Shown one piece after another: positions 1-10,448 of a stretch of 64,000 nt of DNA. This DNA is from an uncultured Gammaproteobacteria bacterium. GTDB taxonomy: Bacteria > Pseudomonadota > Gammaproteobacteria > UBA9214. The position numbers and the translations under genes were made by a program. The notes beneath the pieces are model-generated. The model saw only the letters and a program-made list of their open reading frames with translations. It was not told the DNA's origin and ran no database searches. Position 1 is the stretch's first letter, and each line of letters begins with the position of its first letter. The stretch lies in contig CAVVHS010000006.1 of assembly GCA_963748215.1 (NCBI GenBank), positions 800,001 through 864,000 of the forward strand, given 5' to 3'.

Positions 1-2660
1 TCATCGGGCGACTCGACGGGCTCACGCTGGGCTCCGCCCGGGCGCTGCTGGACCGGACCCTGGCGGCGGAACGCGGCGGCCTGTCCGGCCGCCTGTTCGG
101 CTCCACGCGCTTCAATCGCTGGGTGGATAACAGTACCGGGCGACTGATTTACCCATCCACCGGGATCACCGGCTGGCCCTATCAGCTCGGGTTGTTTGAC
201 GAGGCCCGTCCGGAGTGTGTCGATTACCTGAATGTTTCCGGGCTGTCGCCGGCAGGCAAGACGCCGGCGCACTGCACGGTGCAACTCAACGAGGACAGCG
301 ACCCGGTCACCAGCGCCAGCTACCCGGCCCCGGGCAATGCCGCGAGCCGCCAGCCGCAGGCGGTGAATGCGCTGCTGTATCAGGGCTGGGTGGACGGGCA
401 GGCGGCGGTTGGCAGTTTCGATGCCCTGCTCAACTGGCGCAAGAACGACCAGTGCACGGTCACCGAGTGCCGCGATGCGGCCGATCCCGCGGCCTGCCAG
501 GCGGCATCCACGGATGTGTTCGGGGAACTCAACACGGACTGTGTCGGCATGGCCGACGGGTTCATGGGCTACAACCACCAGTCCTGGCCGGTGTCGTACC
601 TGGCGGTGTGGCCGACGGGCTGGTTCCAGAGCACCGGCAACAGCAGCTGGAACGATGGCGGTCACGGTGATGTCAACCAGCTGGCCTTGCCCGAGGTGCG
701 TACTGACACCGGCTTCGATGACAGCTTCAGCCTGTGGTTCCGCAACACCGACCAGGTGGCCGCGCCGCGCTGTTTCCCGGCCAGTGACTTCTCGGCGCCG
801 CCAGGCCTGCCCTGTGCCGACCAGCGCCGGATAGTGCTGGCCCAGCGTATACCGCTGGCCGCGCAGACCCTGGACACCGGCAACCCCCAGACCTACCGGA
901 TCGGCCTGCACTACCAGGCGGCCGATCTTGTGGTTGATCCGGCCACACCCGTCACCCTGCAGGTGCGCTTCTTCGTGCGCGAGGCGGGCGGCGCCCAGGT
1001 CGACTACGGCACCCGCGAGCTCGCCACGCTGGCCCCGGGCAATACCGGCTGGACACCGGTCGAGGTTGCGTTCCCGCTCGACCCGGCGCTGCATGCCGCC
1101 GCCAGTTACGACGGCATCAAGTTCCGCATCGAAACCACCGGGGTGTTTGCCGGGGCGCTGGGTATCGACGCGGTCAGCGTGCAGCAGGTGGGCGCGGGCG
1201 CGGAGCTGGCGCTCAACGGTTCCTTCAGCGAGGGTCACCGCCAGGTGGCAGCCGGCGATCATGCGGCGACGTTTCTGGACCGGCTGGGCGGCGTGGCCTT
1301 CTGGGGCAGCGTGAGCCATCACCAGTCGGCTGGCTGTGCGTTCTGCCTGAGCGGCATGGCGCCGCTGGTGTATTTCACGCGCGGCCTGCCGCTGGGGGAT
1401 GCGGTATGGTTCGCCGCCGCCAACAACAGCGGCATTCTGTATGGCGATCCGCTGTACTCGCCGGTGGCGGTACGGCTCAATCCGGTCAATGCCACGGACA
1501 CCCTGAGCGGGGTGGTGGCGCTGTCGGGCAGCACCGTGAACGGCCGGGATCCGGCCCGGGTATCGACCGGCTATCGCATCGACGTCTGTCCGGGCGAGGA
1601 TTTCCTGGTCTGTGACCGGCAGGGCAGCTGGCAGCCGACCGGCCTCAGCGGCGTGGGCGGCGCGGAGAATATGCTGCTCGGCGATTGGGACAGCACCAGT
1701 GTCGCGCCGGGTAGCTACACGCTGCGCCTGGCGGTGACCAGCCAGAATACGCTGACAGGCCGCAGTCAGACGCTGCATGACTTTTATCCCGTCCGTGTCG
1801 GGGATGCTGTACCGCCGCCGGGGCCGGGCAGTGTGCAGTTCAGCGCCGCCGGTTACAGCGTGGCGGAGAATGGCGCGAGTGTGCTGGTGATGGTGCTCCG
1901 CACCGGCGGCAGCACGGGTGCCATCACCGTCGACTATGCAAGTAGCGACGGCACGGCCACCGCGGGCAGTGACTATGGCGCGGTGGGCGGGCGGCTGCTT
2001 TTCACCGATGGCGTGATCAGCCAGTCGTTCAGCGTACCGATCGTGGATTACAGCGTGCCCGAAGCAGACGAGAGCTTTACGCTCACGCTGTCGAATGCCA
2101 CCGCTGGCGCCAGCCTGGGTGCCGTGAGCACGGCCACGGTGACTATCATCGACAACGACACTGTGGCACCTGTGCCCGACCCTGCCCCTGTCACCGATCC
2201 TGCGCCGGTGGTTGATCCGGCACCCGTAACCGATCCTGCGCCGGTGGTTGATCCGGCACCGGTGACTGATCCGGCACCGGTGACCGATCCGGCACCGGTG
2301 ACTGATCCTGCCCCGGTGGTTGACCCGGCACCGGTGGTTGATCCTGCGCCGGTGGTTGATCCTGCGCCGGTGACCGATCCGGCACCCGTAACCGATCCTG
2401 CGCCGGCGGTTGATCCTGCCCCGGTGACTGATCCTGCCCCGGTGGTTGACCCGGCACCGGTGGTTGATCCGGTACCCGTGACCGATCCGGCACCGGTGAC
2501 CGATCCGGCACCCGTAACCGATCCTGCCCCGGTGACTGATCCGGCACCGGTGGTTGATCCGGCACCCGTGACTGATCCTGCGCCGGCAACTGATCCGGTA
2601 CCGGTGGTTGATCCGGCGCCGGTGACCGATCCGGCACCGGTGACCGATCCGGCCCCGTGA
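1..2660 (+). CDS. Large surface/periplasmic protein, N-terminal part (5' end outside window): TIGR03790-like domain, Calx-beta domain, start of PAPVTD repeat
   Basis: Frame is open from the window edge (IGRLDGLTLGSARALLDRTLAAE, TIGR03790-like RLDG motif). GILYGDPLYSP motif. Calx-beta signature VQFSAAGYSVAENG...ATAGSDY...E.DESFTLTLS...ATVTIIDND. Ends at a 1-bp shift inside the repeat (~2652). Confidence 0.7.
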   Translation, partial: IGRLDGLTLGSARALLDRTLAAERGGLSGRLFGSTRFNRWVDNSTGRLIYPSTGITGWPYQLGLFDEARPECVDYLNVSGLSPAGKTPAHCTVQLNEDSDPVTSASYPAPGNAASRQPQAVNALLYQGWVDGQAAVGSFDALLNWRKNDQCTVTECRDAADPAACQAASTDVFGELNTDCVGMADGFMGYNHQSWPVSYLAVWPTGWFQSTGNSSWNDGGHGDVNQLALPEVRTDTGFDDSFSLWFRNTDQVAAPRCFPASDFSAPPGLPCADQRRIVLAQRIPLAAQTLDTGNPQTYRIGLHYQAADLVVDPATPVTLQVRFFVREAGGAQVDYGTRELATLAPGNTGWTPVEVAFPLDPALHAAASYDGIKFRIETTGVFAGALGIDAVSVQQVGAGAELALNGSFSEGHRQVAAGDHAATFLDRLGGVAFWGSVSHHQSAGCAFCLSGMAPLVYFTRGLPLGDAVWFAAANNSGILYGDPLYSPVAVRLNPVNATDTLSGVVALSGSTVNGRDPARVSTGYRIDVCPGEDFLVCDRQGSWQPTGLSGVGGAENMLLGDWDSTSVAPGSYTLRLAVTSQNTLTGRSQTLHDFYPVRVGDAVPPPGPGSVQFSAAGYSVAENGASVLVMVLRTGGSTGAITVDYASSDGTATAGSDYGAVGGRLLFTDGVISQSFSVPIVDYSVPEADESFTLTLSNATAGASLGAVSTATVTIIDNDTVAPVPDPAPVTDPAPVVDPAPVTDPAPVVDPAPVTDPAPVTDPAPVTDPAPVVDPAPVVDPAPVVDPAPVTDPAPVTDPAPAVDPAPVTDPAPVVDPAPVVDPVPVTDPAPVTDPAPVTDPAPVTDPAPVVDPAPVTDPAPATDPVPVVDPAPVTDPAPVTDPAP

Positions 2661-3460
2661 CCGATCCGGCACCGGTGACTGATCCGGCACCCGTGACCGA
2701 TCCGGCACCGGTGACTGATCCGGCACCGGTGGTTGATCCTGCCCCGGTGGTTGATCCGGCACCGGTGACCGATCCGGCGCCGGTGACTGATCCGGCACCG
2801 GTGGTCGATCCGGCACCGGTGACCGATCCGGCACCCGTGACTGATCCGGCACCGGTGACTGATCCGGCACCGGTGACTGATCCTGCACCGGTGACTGATC
2901 CGGTACCGGTGACTGATCCTGCCCCGGTGGTTGATCCGGCACCGGTGACTGATCCGGCACCGGTGACTGATCCGGTACCGGTGACTGATCCTGCCCCGGT
3001 GACTGATCCGGCGCCGGTGACCGATCCGGCACCCGTGACTGATCCGGTACCGGTGACTGAGCCGGTACCGGTGACTGAGCCGGTACCGGTGGTTGATCCG
3101 GTACCGGTGACCGATCCGGCACCCGTGACCGATCCTGCACCGGTGGTTGATCCGGCACCGGTGACTGATCCGGCACCGGTGACTGATCCGGCACCGGTGA
3201 CTGATCCTGCCCCGGTGACTGATCCGGCACCGGTGATTGATCCTGCCCCGGTGAGCGATCCGGCACCCGTGACTGATCCTGCCCCGGTGACCGATCCGGC
3301 ACCCGTAACCGATCCGGCACCGGTGGTTGATCCGGCACCGGTGACCGATCCGGCACCCGTAACCGATCCTGCACCGGTGGTTGATCCTGCACCGGTGACC
3401 GATCCTGCGCCGGTGACTGATCCGGTACCGGTGGTTGATCCGGTGCCCGTGACTGATCCA
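2164..3460 (+). repeat. 18-bp coding tandem repeat (PAPV[T/V]D), about 70 copies
   Basis: Variants of ccggcaccggtgactgat repeated over ~1.3 kb. Confidence 0.95.
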
Positions 3461-4063
3461 GGCGTAGCTGTAAACACGCAGTGTTCAGAAACCTCTAACA
3501 GTCAAGATACCCGCTGGGGACGATACCGCTGGAGAAATTCCACCTGGACCATCAACCTGCTCTCCTCCACTGACAGGGCAGATGTTGATGCGCTTGCTGC
3601 CAGGGCGGATAGCCTGAATATTTTGACCGTAATCCAGGAAACCGATATCAATGGAACGCATTACTGGCGCTTGCAGGTCACCGGCTTCAACAGCCAGTCG
3701 GATGCCGAAAAGAGCTCGGCAATCATCAAGGACAAACTTGACATCGATAACGTCTGGATCTTCCGCCAGAGGCAATCTGACAACAATGCCACCAGCGACT
3801 GCCGTACGAGCTCCAGTCAAGGCACCTGGGTGATCAACCTGATGTCCTCAACCGAGCAGGCCGGTGTCGAGCAGCTCGCCGCCAGTGCCGCCAGTCTTGA
3901 CCTGGAGACTTCAACTGAAACAGCCGTGGTCAACGGCACGACATTCTGGCGCCTGCAGATTACCGGATTTGACAGCGAGTCAGACGCTGACGAATACGCG
4001 AAATATGTCAAGCAGCTACTCGGTATCAATGATATCTGGGTCTTCAGAAGAGCGAACTGGTGA
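2657..4063 (+). CDS. C-terminal continuation of the same gene after the frameshift: PAPVTD repeats followed by two SPOR-like domains
   Basis: Same 18-bp repeat continues in a shifted frame. Two ~75-aa domains of the form W.INL.SS...NGT..WRLQ.TGF.S.SDA...K..L.I..(V/I)W(I/V) resemble SPOR. Confidence 0.65.
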   Translation: MTDPAPVTDPAPVTDPAPVTDPAPVVDPAPVVDPAPVTDPAPVTDPAPVVDPAPVTDPAPVTDPAPVTDPAPVTDPAPVTDPVPVTDPAPVVDPAPVTDPAPVTDPVPVTDPAPVTDPAPVTDPAPVTDPVPVTEPVPVTEPVPVVDPVPVTDPAPVTDPAPVVDPAPVTDPAPVTDPAPVTDPAPVTDPAPVIDPAPVSDPAPVTDPAPVTDPAPVTDPAPVVDPAPVTDPAPVTDPAPVVDPAPVTDPAPVTDPVPVVDPVPVTDPGVAVNTQCSETSNSQDTRWGRYRWRNSTWTINLLSSTDRADVDALAARADSLNILTVIQETDINGTHYWRLQVTGFNSQSDAEKSSAIIKDKLDIDNVWIFRQRQSDNNATSDCRTSSSQGTWVINLMSSTEQAGVEQLAASAASLDLETSTETAVVNGTTFWRLQITGFDSESDADEYAKYVKQLLGINDIWVFRRANW

Positions 4064-4715
4064 GACATCTGAAATAGTGGTCCGCACATTGACTACCGAG
4101 ATCGACCTGTTCTTCGTGACCCGCCCGAACAGGCAAAGTGCGCACTCGATATTTACCCTTCAATACCACCCGACACCGGATACGGAGTAATGCGTCCACG
4201 CAGAGGTAATCGTGAGACGGAAGGTTTACCACAAAATAGTGGGCAACAAGGTCCATAATTAGAGAACGGCCGTTACGGCATGGTATTTTAAACAAGGCTC
4301 TTCCCCAAATCGAGTGGGTAGATTACCGTTGCAGGGCCTAATTCACTTGTGCCCGGCGCTTTATCGGGTATTCGGCCACCGCCTGTTGCCATTGGAGACA
4401 AGGAGTCACCCTGTCCTGTGACGCATTGCGCAGGTGAGCATCATTCCCTGCACCATCAGGTCTATTGCATCACCACGGTTACCCGCGGTCGTCATTCTTT
4501 TGTTCACGGATATCAGCGCAGCACGCCTGCTGGTTCGTGAATGGTCGAATGAATTCGACCCTGCAGACGATGAGACACCGCTGGCCGAATTCATTCGGCC
4601 AACAACCTTGCCATCAGAAGGAATGCGTCTCGTCTAACTTGATGTGTTACCCACTCAATCAGGGAAAGGTCCTTAAACAAAATAGCCTGATCCCTGCGTT
4701 CAATACAATAAGAAA

Positions 4716-4738
4716 GAGGCCTCGCATTGCGAGGCCTC
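4716..4738 (-). terminator. Rho-independent terminator of the PEP-CTERM-type gene
   Basis: GAGGCCTCGC-ATT-GCGAGGCCTC perfect hairpin followed by TTTCTT on the minus strand, just after the stop at 4760. Confidence 0.8.
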
Positions 4739-4759
4739 CCTGTAAATGGTTGATGCCTG

Positions 4760-5350
4760 TCAGGCTGATCTGCGTCTGGCAACCCCGACCAAACCAATCA
4801 AGCCCGAGCCGAACAGCCACGCAGCGGCCGGCACCGGCACGGAGGTCACCGCCACCTGACCGGCGACGTAGTCGACAGGAACAGTAACACCACCAAGGGA
4901 CCATCCGCCGAAGACATCCGCGAAGATGATGTCCGTGGCGGATCCTGCAGCACCGATGACATTGAAACTCAAATCAACGATGTTAAAGTCCGACCCGAAG
5001 AAACCTGCGCTGCGCCCAAGGAAGACGAAATCCACTGTACCGGCGGCCGCGGAGGTGTCATCAATAAAGGGGGAATCCCAGTTCGGATCACTCACCACAA
5101 TACCGGTGTACTGCAGTACGGTGGAGTTCCAGCTAATCGTGAAGGCGGCACCATCCACTGACTGAATGCCTGGCAGTGAAGGATCCCCATCCGTAAAGGA
5201 CGTCCCCACAAGGTTCAGATTCAGTGTCGTGGCCCCGTCGGTTGTAATCGGATTGGACTGAGTCAGCTGCACAGTACCGGCCATGGCCTGTCCTGCAGCC
5301 AGCCCCAACAGCACCAGTGTACAAATGGACGTTAAAATCTTCTTGTACAT
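4760..5350 (-). CDS. PEP-CTERM/VPLPA-CTERM sorted surface protein with cohesin-like beta-sandwich
   Basis: Signal peptide; C-terminus VPVPAAAWLFGSGLIGLVGVARRR (exosortase sorting signal). Confidence 0.88.
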   Translation of the reverse strand: MYKKILTSICTLVLLGLAAGQAMAGTVQLTQSNPITTDGATTLNLNLVGTSFTDGDPSLPGIQSVDGAAFTISWNSTVLQYTGIVVSDPNWDSPFIDDTSAAAGTVDFVFLGRSAGFFGSDFNIVDLSFNVIGAAGSATDIIFADVFGGWSLGGVTVPVDYVAGQVAVTSVPVPAAAWLFGSGLIGLVGVARRRSA

Positions 5351-5796
5351 TTTCGTAGCCCTCTGCGTAAATTAAACATTCATTTTTCGAAATTCTGCTT
5401 TTGCCCTTAACACCTCTACCGGCTGACGATCTGCAACTCGTTTATAATCGCTTCATGCCACTATTCGGTTCTGGTTGAAGCTCGCGTCGCAGTGGATGCC
5501 AACATTTCTCACAATGAGTAGCCGGATCGTTCTCCCCGGATTTAGTGATTCAGTCATGCGTGACTTGTATTCAACATAGCGCTCTGAACGCAACCTGCCT
5601 ATTGTCCTTAGGTACGATCCAGGCAATACATTTTCAATTCCCGTGTCGACCCCTGGTCCCATGGGATACAGTACGAATGCAAACATGAAGGTCGGCAATC
5701 CCGAACAGGATGGACCGAAATCCGGGGATACCTCAAACATGAAATGACGATTATTCCAGCTGCAATAGCTGGAGGGGAATGTCACAGGCACAAAGA

Positions 5797-5830
5797 ATCA
5801 CGCCTCGTACATCCGTGTGCGAGGCGTGAT
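5797..5830 (-). terminator. Hairpin, probable terminator
   Basis: ATCACGCCTCG...CGAGGCGTGAT followed by TCTTT on the minus strand. Confidence 0.5.
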
Positions 5831-5944
5831 GGTGACATATAGGAAGGAGAATATTGCATGTCACTGGCTTATAAATTAGCGACAGCTATACACTCTGTCT
5901 ATTGTACTTTGGTACGAGCTGAACGATTCCCGCAGCAACCTGTT

Positions 5945-6012
5945 AATACGCCACCGGCTAAAGCCGGTGGCTTCGGGTTACGGCTGAAAGCCGAATCGAT
6001 CGGCCATTCGGC
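5945..6012. mobile_element. Orphan IS200/IS605-like end hairpins
   Basis: CCACCGGC-TAAA-GCCGGTGG and CGGCT-GAA-AGCCG hairpins resemble IS200/IS605 termini; no tnpA nearby. Confidence 0.45.
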
Positions 6013-6144
6013 CACTTAACCCCCCTCTCCCACCGGGACGACTGCATGGCCGCTACCGGGCTGGCCCGGGCCCTGCCAGAGCCGAGAGTGCTGGATAGCG
6101 CGGTTAAAAATATAGAGACTGTAAATAATTCTGTAAGCAGCGCT

Positions 6145-6777
6145 TCAGCTTCCCTTCTTAACCCCCTCGACAAGCAGATAAACATCATCTTTCAAGAAAC
6201 GTTGGCTGATGATGTCAAGTTCAGCGGATTCTTCAATGTATTGAATTGTTTTTCTGTCAAATCTGGCGCCGTAGACTTTTTCAACAAAAGAAGCAAAAAA
6301 GTCCTGGCGTCGTCTTATTTTCTCGTTATTTGAATAAATCATTTCAAGCAATCTGAATTTCCCACCCGGCTTCAGAACGCGGCTGAACTGCTCCAGCGCC
6401 ATAGGCTGGAATTCATCCGGCATGACACAGCAAAGGAAGGTGGATATTATCCAGTCATATTGGTTCGATTCGACCAGGCGCATAACACTGGCATCGTCAT
6501 GTAGAAGTTCTATTTTACATTTGGCTTTCTTTGCCTTCCTGGTGGCTTTTCTTAACATGACATCACTTAGATCGACGCCTGTTAATTCAACGCTCTCATG
6601 ATAGTGCTGGAAATTCCTTCCTGTTCCCACACCTGCTTCCAGTACCTTGCCACGTAAATCACCCAGTAACAGTGGTCGCCATTCCCTGTAAATCCGCTCC
6701 CATGGATAATCCAATATGTCATAAAACATCGCTGTGATATTGTATTTGGCGCGCAAGGACAGGTTTTCTTCTCTCAC
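6145..6777 (-). CDS. Class I SAM-dependent methyltransferase
   Basis: VLEAGVGTG, GVDLS and RVLKPGG motifs. Confidence 0.9.
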   Translation of the reverse strand: MREENLSLRAKYNITAMFYDILDYPWERIYREWRPLLLGDLRGKVLEAGVGTGRNFQHYHESVELTGVDLSDVMLRKATRKAKKAKCKIELLHDDASVMRLVESNQYDWIISTFLCCVMPDEFQPMALEQFSRVLKPGGKFRLLEMIYSNNEKIRRRQDFFASFVEKVYGARFDRKTIQYIEESAELDIISQRFLKDDVYLLVEGVKKGS

Positions 6778-6879
6778 GAAAACACCCCTTTATATATTGC
6801 ACATATTTGGAATTATCTGCTGAAACGTGTTGTATTCACACGGCCAGAAGACCAGGACTTTTTCTGAATCGACCGTCCA

Positions 6880-7005
6880 CTGCGCCAAGTTTGCCAGCGA
6901 CTCCGATCGTCTGATTGAGGCCTCGGAACGTCTTGGACAGGCCGGCACTGCCATCACCCAGCATGTCTTTCGACTGAAGCTCGTACGGATTCAGCCCTTA
7001 AAAAG
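6880..7005 (+). pseudogene. C-terminal remnant of a phage-type tyrosine integrase
   Basis: AKFASDSDRLIEASERLGQAGTAITQHVFRLK resembles integrase box II (LGH...T...Y); duplicated at ~47773-47890; abuts the tRNA fragment. Confidence 0.55.
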
Positions 7006-7086
7006 GCAGGGGAACCTGATTCTACTGGACAATCGTGTATCTATCGGACAGTCACTCATCTAAGGCAGCGGCAAGTCCTTGAAAAA

Positions 7087-7261
7087 TGGCGCGCCCGGAG
7101 AGATTACTCACCCCTGCTGGGCTCGCCCTGCGGGCCACCGCTGCTGCGCGGCGACGTTCCCGGCTATTGCTCCCTGCATTGCTCTCGGCTCTGGCATGCT
7201 CCCTGCAATCGTGCGCTCCCTGCGGCCGCTTGACGAACTCCCGACCGCCTGGTTCGCAACC
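7087..7261 (-). other. att-like site: 3' half of tRNA-Arg(ACG) interrupted in the T-loop by a 128-bp insert
   Basis: TGGCGCGCCCGGAGAGATT | insert 7106-7233 | CGAACTCCCGACCGCCTGGTTCG is the reverse complement of a tRNA-Arg 3' half with CCA. IHF-consensus sites at 7289 and 7334. Confidence 0.8.
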
Positions 7262-7922
7262 TGATTGAAGCATATGATTTACATATTCAATCAGTCACTT
7301 GCGGTACCTGCCCAGCCAATACCATATTTGAGTTATCAGTCACTTGCAGTTCACTGCCATTGGAAGTGAGCACAAAACCAGCATAGTCCAATCTGCCTTC
7401 TGAAAGGTCCTTTTAGTTATGTGAATTCGAATGCGGCATGCACAGGGCCTTGAGTAACCTGGCGTATAATCTGCGCCGCTGGTGCTGGCTGGAGGCGACA
7501 GCAATGTGAGAACCACGACGATTTGTCGGACCCTAAGGGATGCGATACATTCACGGCTGACAGGGACCCGGCAGGTGCGAATTTCCGTAAAGCCCTGCTA
7601 ACATGCACGTCGGTGGAGTTATGTCATGCCTGAAAACCCTTTCTCAAAGGCGCACGAAACGCAGTGCTTGACGAAACACACTAAAGACCCTGTGCCAACC
7701 TGCTTCTGTTTGGCCTGCCCCCCCGCTAAGATACGATTTCATAAGCCGGTGAGCCTTACATTGCGCAAAATTGATTCTGATCTCTGGGTTATAGGTGCGC
7801 GCAGGCAAAGTTCTTTTCGCCGTGCCTATTTCTTTACGCCATCCGCTGGGGAACGCATCGTTGATTCAAGACGTAGCGCGAACATGCTTTCATCGTCTAC
7901 CGGGTAATTGGACGGGAGTGAC

Positions 7923-8915
7923 ATGCAAGCCAATTTCCTGATAACCGGAGCCACTGGTTTTGTCGGGCATCGTTTGGCCGAGGTCCTGGTCGATAAGGGC
8001 GCGCGCGTCAGGCTACTCGTGAGACAGCCTGAGAATCTTCCCAATCGCGTGAAGTCATCATGCGAGGTCGTCGTGGGATCTCTTGGCGATATTACGGCCT
8101 TAGCAACTGCAGTTTCCGACGTCGATGTGGTATTCCATTGCGCCGCTAACGTAAGTACCTGGGACAGGACTGAAGCCTACTACGAGGCAAATGTCGCCGG
8201 CGTTGGAAATTTGTTGAACGCAATATGCACACACAACCCAGGACTCAGACGCTTCATACATCTCTCCACGGTCGACGTGTACGGTTTCCCCAGGCACCCC
8301 TGCGACGAAACCGACAAGACTCCCGATGTCGGCTTCGATTATGGTGACACCAAGCGGATGGGAGAATCGATAGTCAGGCAGTTTTGCGATCGTGTGCCTT
8401 ACACAATTATCCGGCCAGCCAATATCATTGGCCCTTGCAGTCAGCTCATTGAAAGGATTGGACATGCAGTCAGCTCCGGTGTAATGATCACCATAGATGG
8501 TGGACGTGCCAATGCCGGATTGGTGTTTGTCGACAATCTAATCACGTACATGATTTGGGCGGCACAATCAGAAGCAGCCACCAACGAGATCTTCAATGTC
8601 CGCGACAATTACGATGTAACCTGGATGGAATTCGTAAGTACCTTCAGAAAAGCGATCGCCGGCAAGGGTATCGTCATTAACCTTCCTTTTGTTGTCGCCG
8701 AAACGATTGCGAGAGCATTGGAAACCTTTCATGTAGCGATCCTTCCTGGAAAAGAGCCGACTCTGCATCGCCTGCTTGTGCGAATATTGGGAAGGACCTG
8801 CGGACATAGTGCACGAAAGATCAGAAACGTCAGCGGCATTGACACGGAAATCGGATTTGATGAGGCAATCAGACAATCCGCTCATTGGTTCTTGTCCGAG
8901 GTTAATACAGACTAA
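7923..8915 (+). CDS. NAD-dependent epimerase/dehydratase (extended SDR, 3-beta-HSD-like)
   Basis: ITGATGFVG, FHCAA and YGDTK (YxxxK) motifs. Confidence 0.9.
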   Translation: MQANFLITGATGFVGHRLAEVLVDKGARVRLLVRQPENLPNRVKSSCEVVVGSLGDITALATAVSDVDVVFHCAANVSTWDRTEAYYEANVAGVGNLLNAICTHNPGLRRFIHLSTVDVYGFPRHPCDETDKTPDVGFDYGDTKRMGESIVRQFCDRVPYTIIRPANIIGPCSQLIERIGHAVSSGVMITIDGGRANAGLVFVDNLITYMIWAAQSEAATNEIFNVRDNYDVTWMEFVSTFRKAIAGKGIVINLPFVVAETIARALETFHVAILPGKEPTLHRLLVRILGRTCGHSARKIRNVSGIDTEIGFDEAIRQSAHWFLSEVNTD

Positions 8916-9099
8916 TTGCCACGCCGTCTCGGAAAATATGACGTAGAATACGAGCGACCCTTTACCAGATAACCATGACACCCAAGGACAACCACGAAAT
9001 TCCCTGTGTCCGCATCAACAATACCGGCCTATATAATCGACACAGGACCCTCTCGATATATGAATGTTTTGATATGTTAGCGATCTGATTTTACGTTAT

Positions 9100-10434
9100 A
9101 TGCCATTCCCCCTACCTGAAAAGAAGGTCTTCTTATTTCTGCAAGGTGCGCCCAACTCTTTTGCCAGACACCTTGCCGACGAACTGGAACGGCGCGGTCA
9201 CCGTGCCCTGCGTATCAATTTATGCGCTGGAGATTTCTTGTATTGGCTTGGACGACCCGCAGTAAACTATCGGGGCCGCTTACAAGATTGGGAGACTTTT
9301 CTGCGAAATTTTATCGCGCGTGAAGGTATTACTCATCTACTCTATTACGCAGACCGGCTTCCCTACCATAAGGTGGCGATGCGAGTGGCACTGGATCTCA
9401 ATCTGATCGGTATCAGTTACGAGTTTGGATATCTTCGTCCCGATTGGATCACCTTGGAACGCGGAGGGATGTCTGCGCAATCGCATTTTCCTGAAGATCC
9501 CGATTTAATCCGCCGTATTGCCCTACAAACACCTGCTCCAGATCTGACTGCGCGCTACCGATACACATTTTTCATGGAGGCGTTTAATGACGTGGTTTTC
9601 AATCTTTCTAATTTTTTCGGATTTTTTTTGTACCCCCGTTATGTGCCCGACAAGATATACAATCGGGTTGTCGAATACCTGAGTTATATTCCACGTTTGC
9701 TCAAGAGGCCTCGCCTTGCTCGACAAGCTGACGAGACCATCCATCGCCTTGTCGATTCTCAAAACGACGTCTTCGTTTTTCCATTACAGATGCAAAACGA
9801 CTATCAAGTTCGCGCGAATTCTCATTACCGACACCTCAGCGAGGTAATCCGAGAGACGCTTGATTCATTTTCAGTCCATGCGACCCCTCACGCACAACTG
9901 GTATTCAAGGTACACCCACTGGATAACGGTTTGGAGAACTGGTCAAATATCGTCGCCAAGGTCGCGCAAGACATCGGTGTATCGGACCGCGTAGCTGTAA
10001 TAGACGGCGGTGATTTAATGACACTTATACACCGTGCGCGTGGCGTTATTCTCGTTAATAGCACGGTGGGGCTGCACGCACTCCAGGCCCATTGCCCGGT
10101 CAAGGTAATGGGAATCGCTGTCTACGACATCGCAGGACTGACACATCAAGGACCACTCGATACCTTTTGGCAGAACCCGACTCAACCGGACACAGAGCTA
10201 TGCGACGATTTGGTGCGTGCCATCGCAGCAACTATTCAGGTCAAGGGAAACTTCTACACGACAGAGGGCCAGGCAAGGGCGATACCCGAAGTCGCCGATC
10301 GTCTCTTAGGGGGACGCATAAACGAGCCTGGGGCATTTGTCGATCCACCACCCCGCCTGGCGCGTGCGAACGAGTTAGGCGTTCCAGATGTCTTTAACGA
10401 CACGCCAATTGCGGCACAGCAAACATCCCGGTGA
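9100..10434 (+). CDS. kpsS: KpsS/WcbO-family capsule biosynthesis protein (beta-Kdo transferase, GT107-like)
   Basis: FLFLQG, E.GYLRPDWITLERGG, PLQMQND, KVHPLD and NSTVG motifs. Confidence 0.85.
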   Translation: MPFPLPEKKVFLFLQGAPNSFARHLADELERRGHRALRINLCAGDFLYWLGRPAVNYRGRLQDWETFLRNFIAREGITHLLYYADRLPYHKVAMRVALDLNLIGISYEFGYLRPDWITLERGGMSAQSHFPEDPDLIRRIALQTPAPDLTARYRYTFFMEAFNDVVFNLSNFFGFFLYPRYVPDKIYNRVVEYLSYIPRLLKRPRLARQADETIHRLVDSQNDVFVFPLQMQNDYQVRANSHYRHLSEVIRETLDSFSVHATPHAQLVFKVHPLDNGLENWSNIVAKVAQDIGVSDRVAVIDGGDLMTLIHRARGVILVNSTVGLHALQAHCPVKVMGIAVYDIAGLTHQGPLDTFWQNPTQPDTELCDDLVRAIAATIQVKGNFYTTEGQARAIPEVADRLLGGRINEPGAFVDPPPRLARANELGVPDVFNDTPIAAQQTSR

Positions 10435-10448
10435 TGTTCCACAACCTT

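Noticed and set aside
2191-3477. Long antisense ORF (GAGSVT repeats)
   Set aside because: Shadow of the stop-free PAPVTD repeat.
4064-4700. Short ORFs between the SPOR and PEP-CTERM-type genes
   Set aside because: No recognisable motifs or RBS; cannot be supported.
5440-5505. Sigma-54 promoter for the PEP-CTERM-type gene
   Set aside because: TGGCA half-sites are present but there is no GC at the -12 spacing.
7087-7261. Functional or intron-containing tRNA-Arg genes (also 36610, 47969, 58833)
   Set aside because: The 5' half (acceptor 5' strand, D arm) is absent in every copy, and inserts are too short and variable for group I/II introns.
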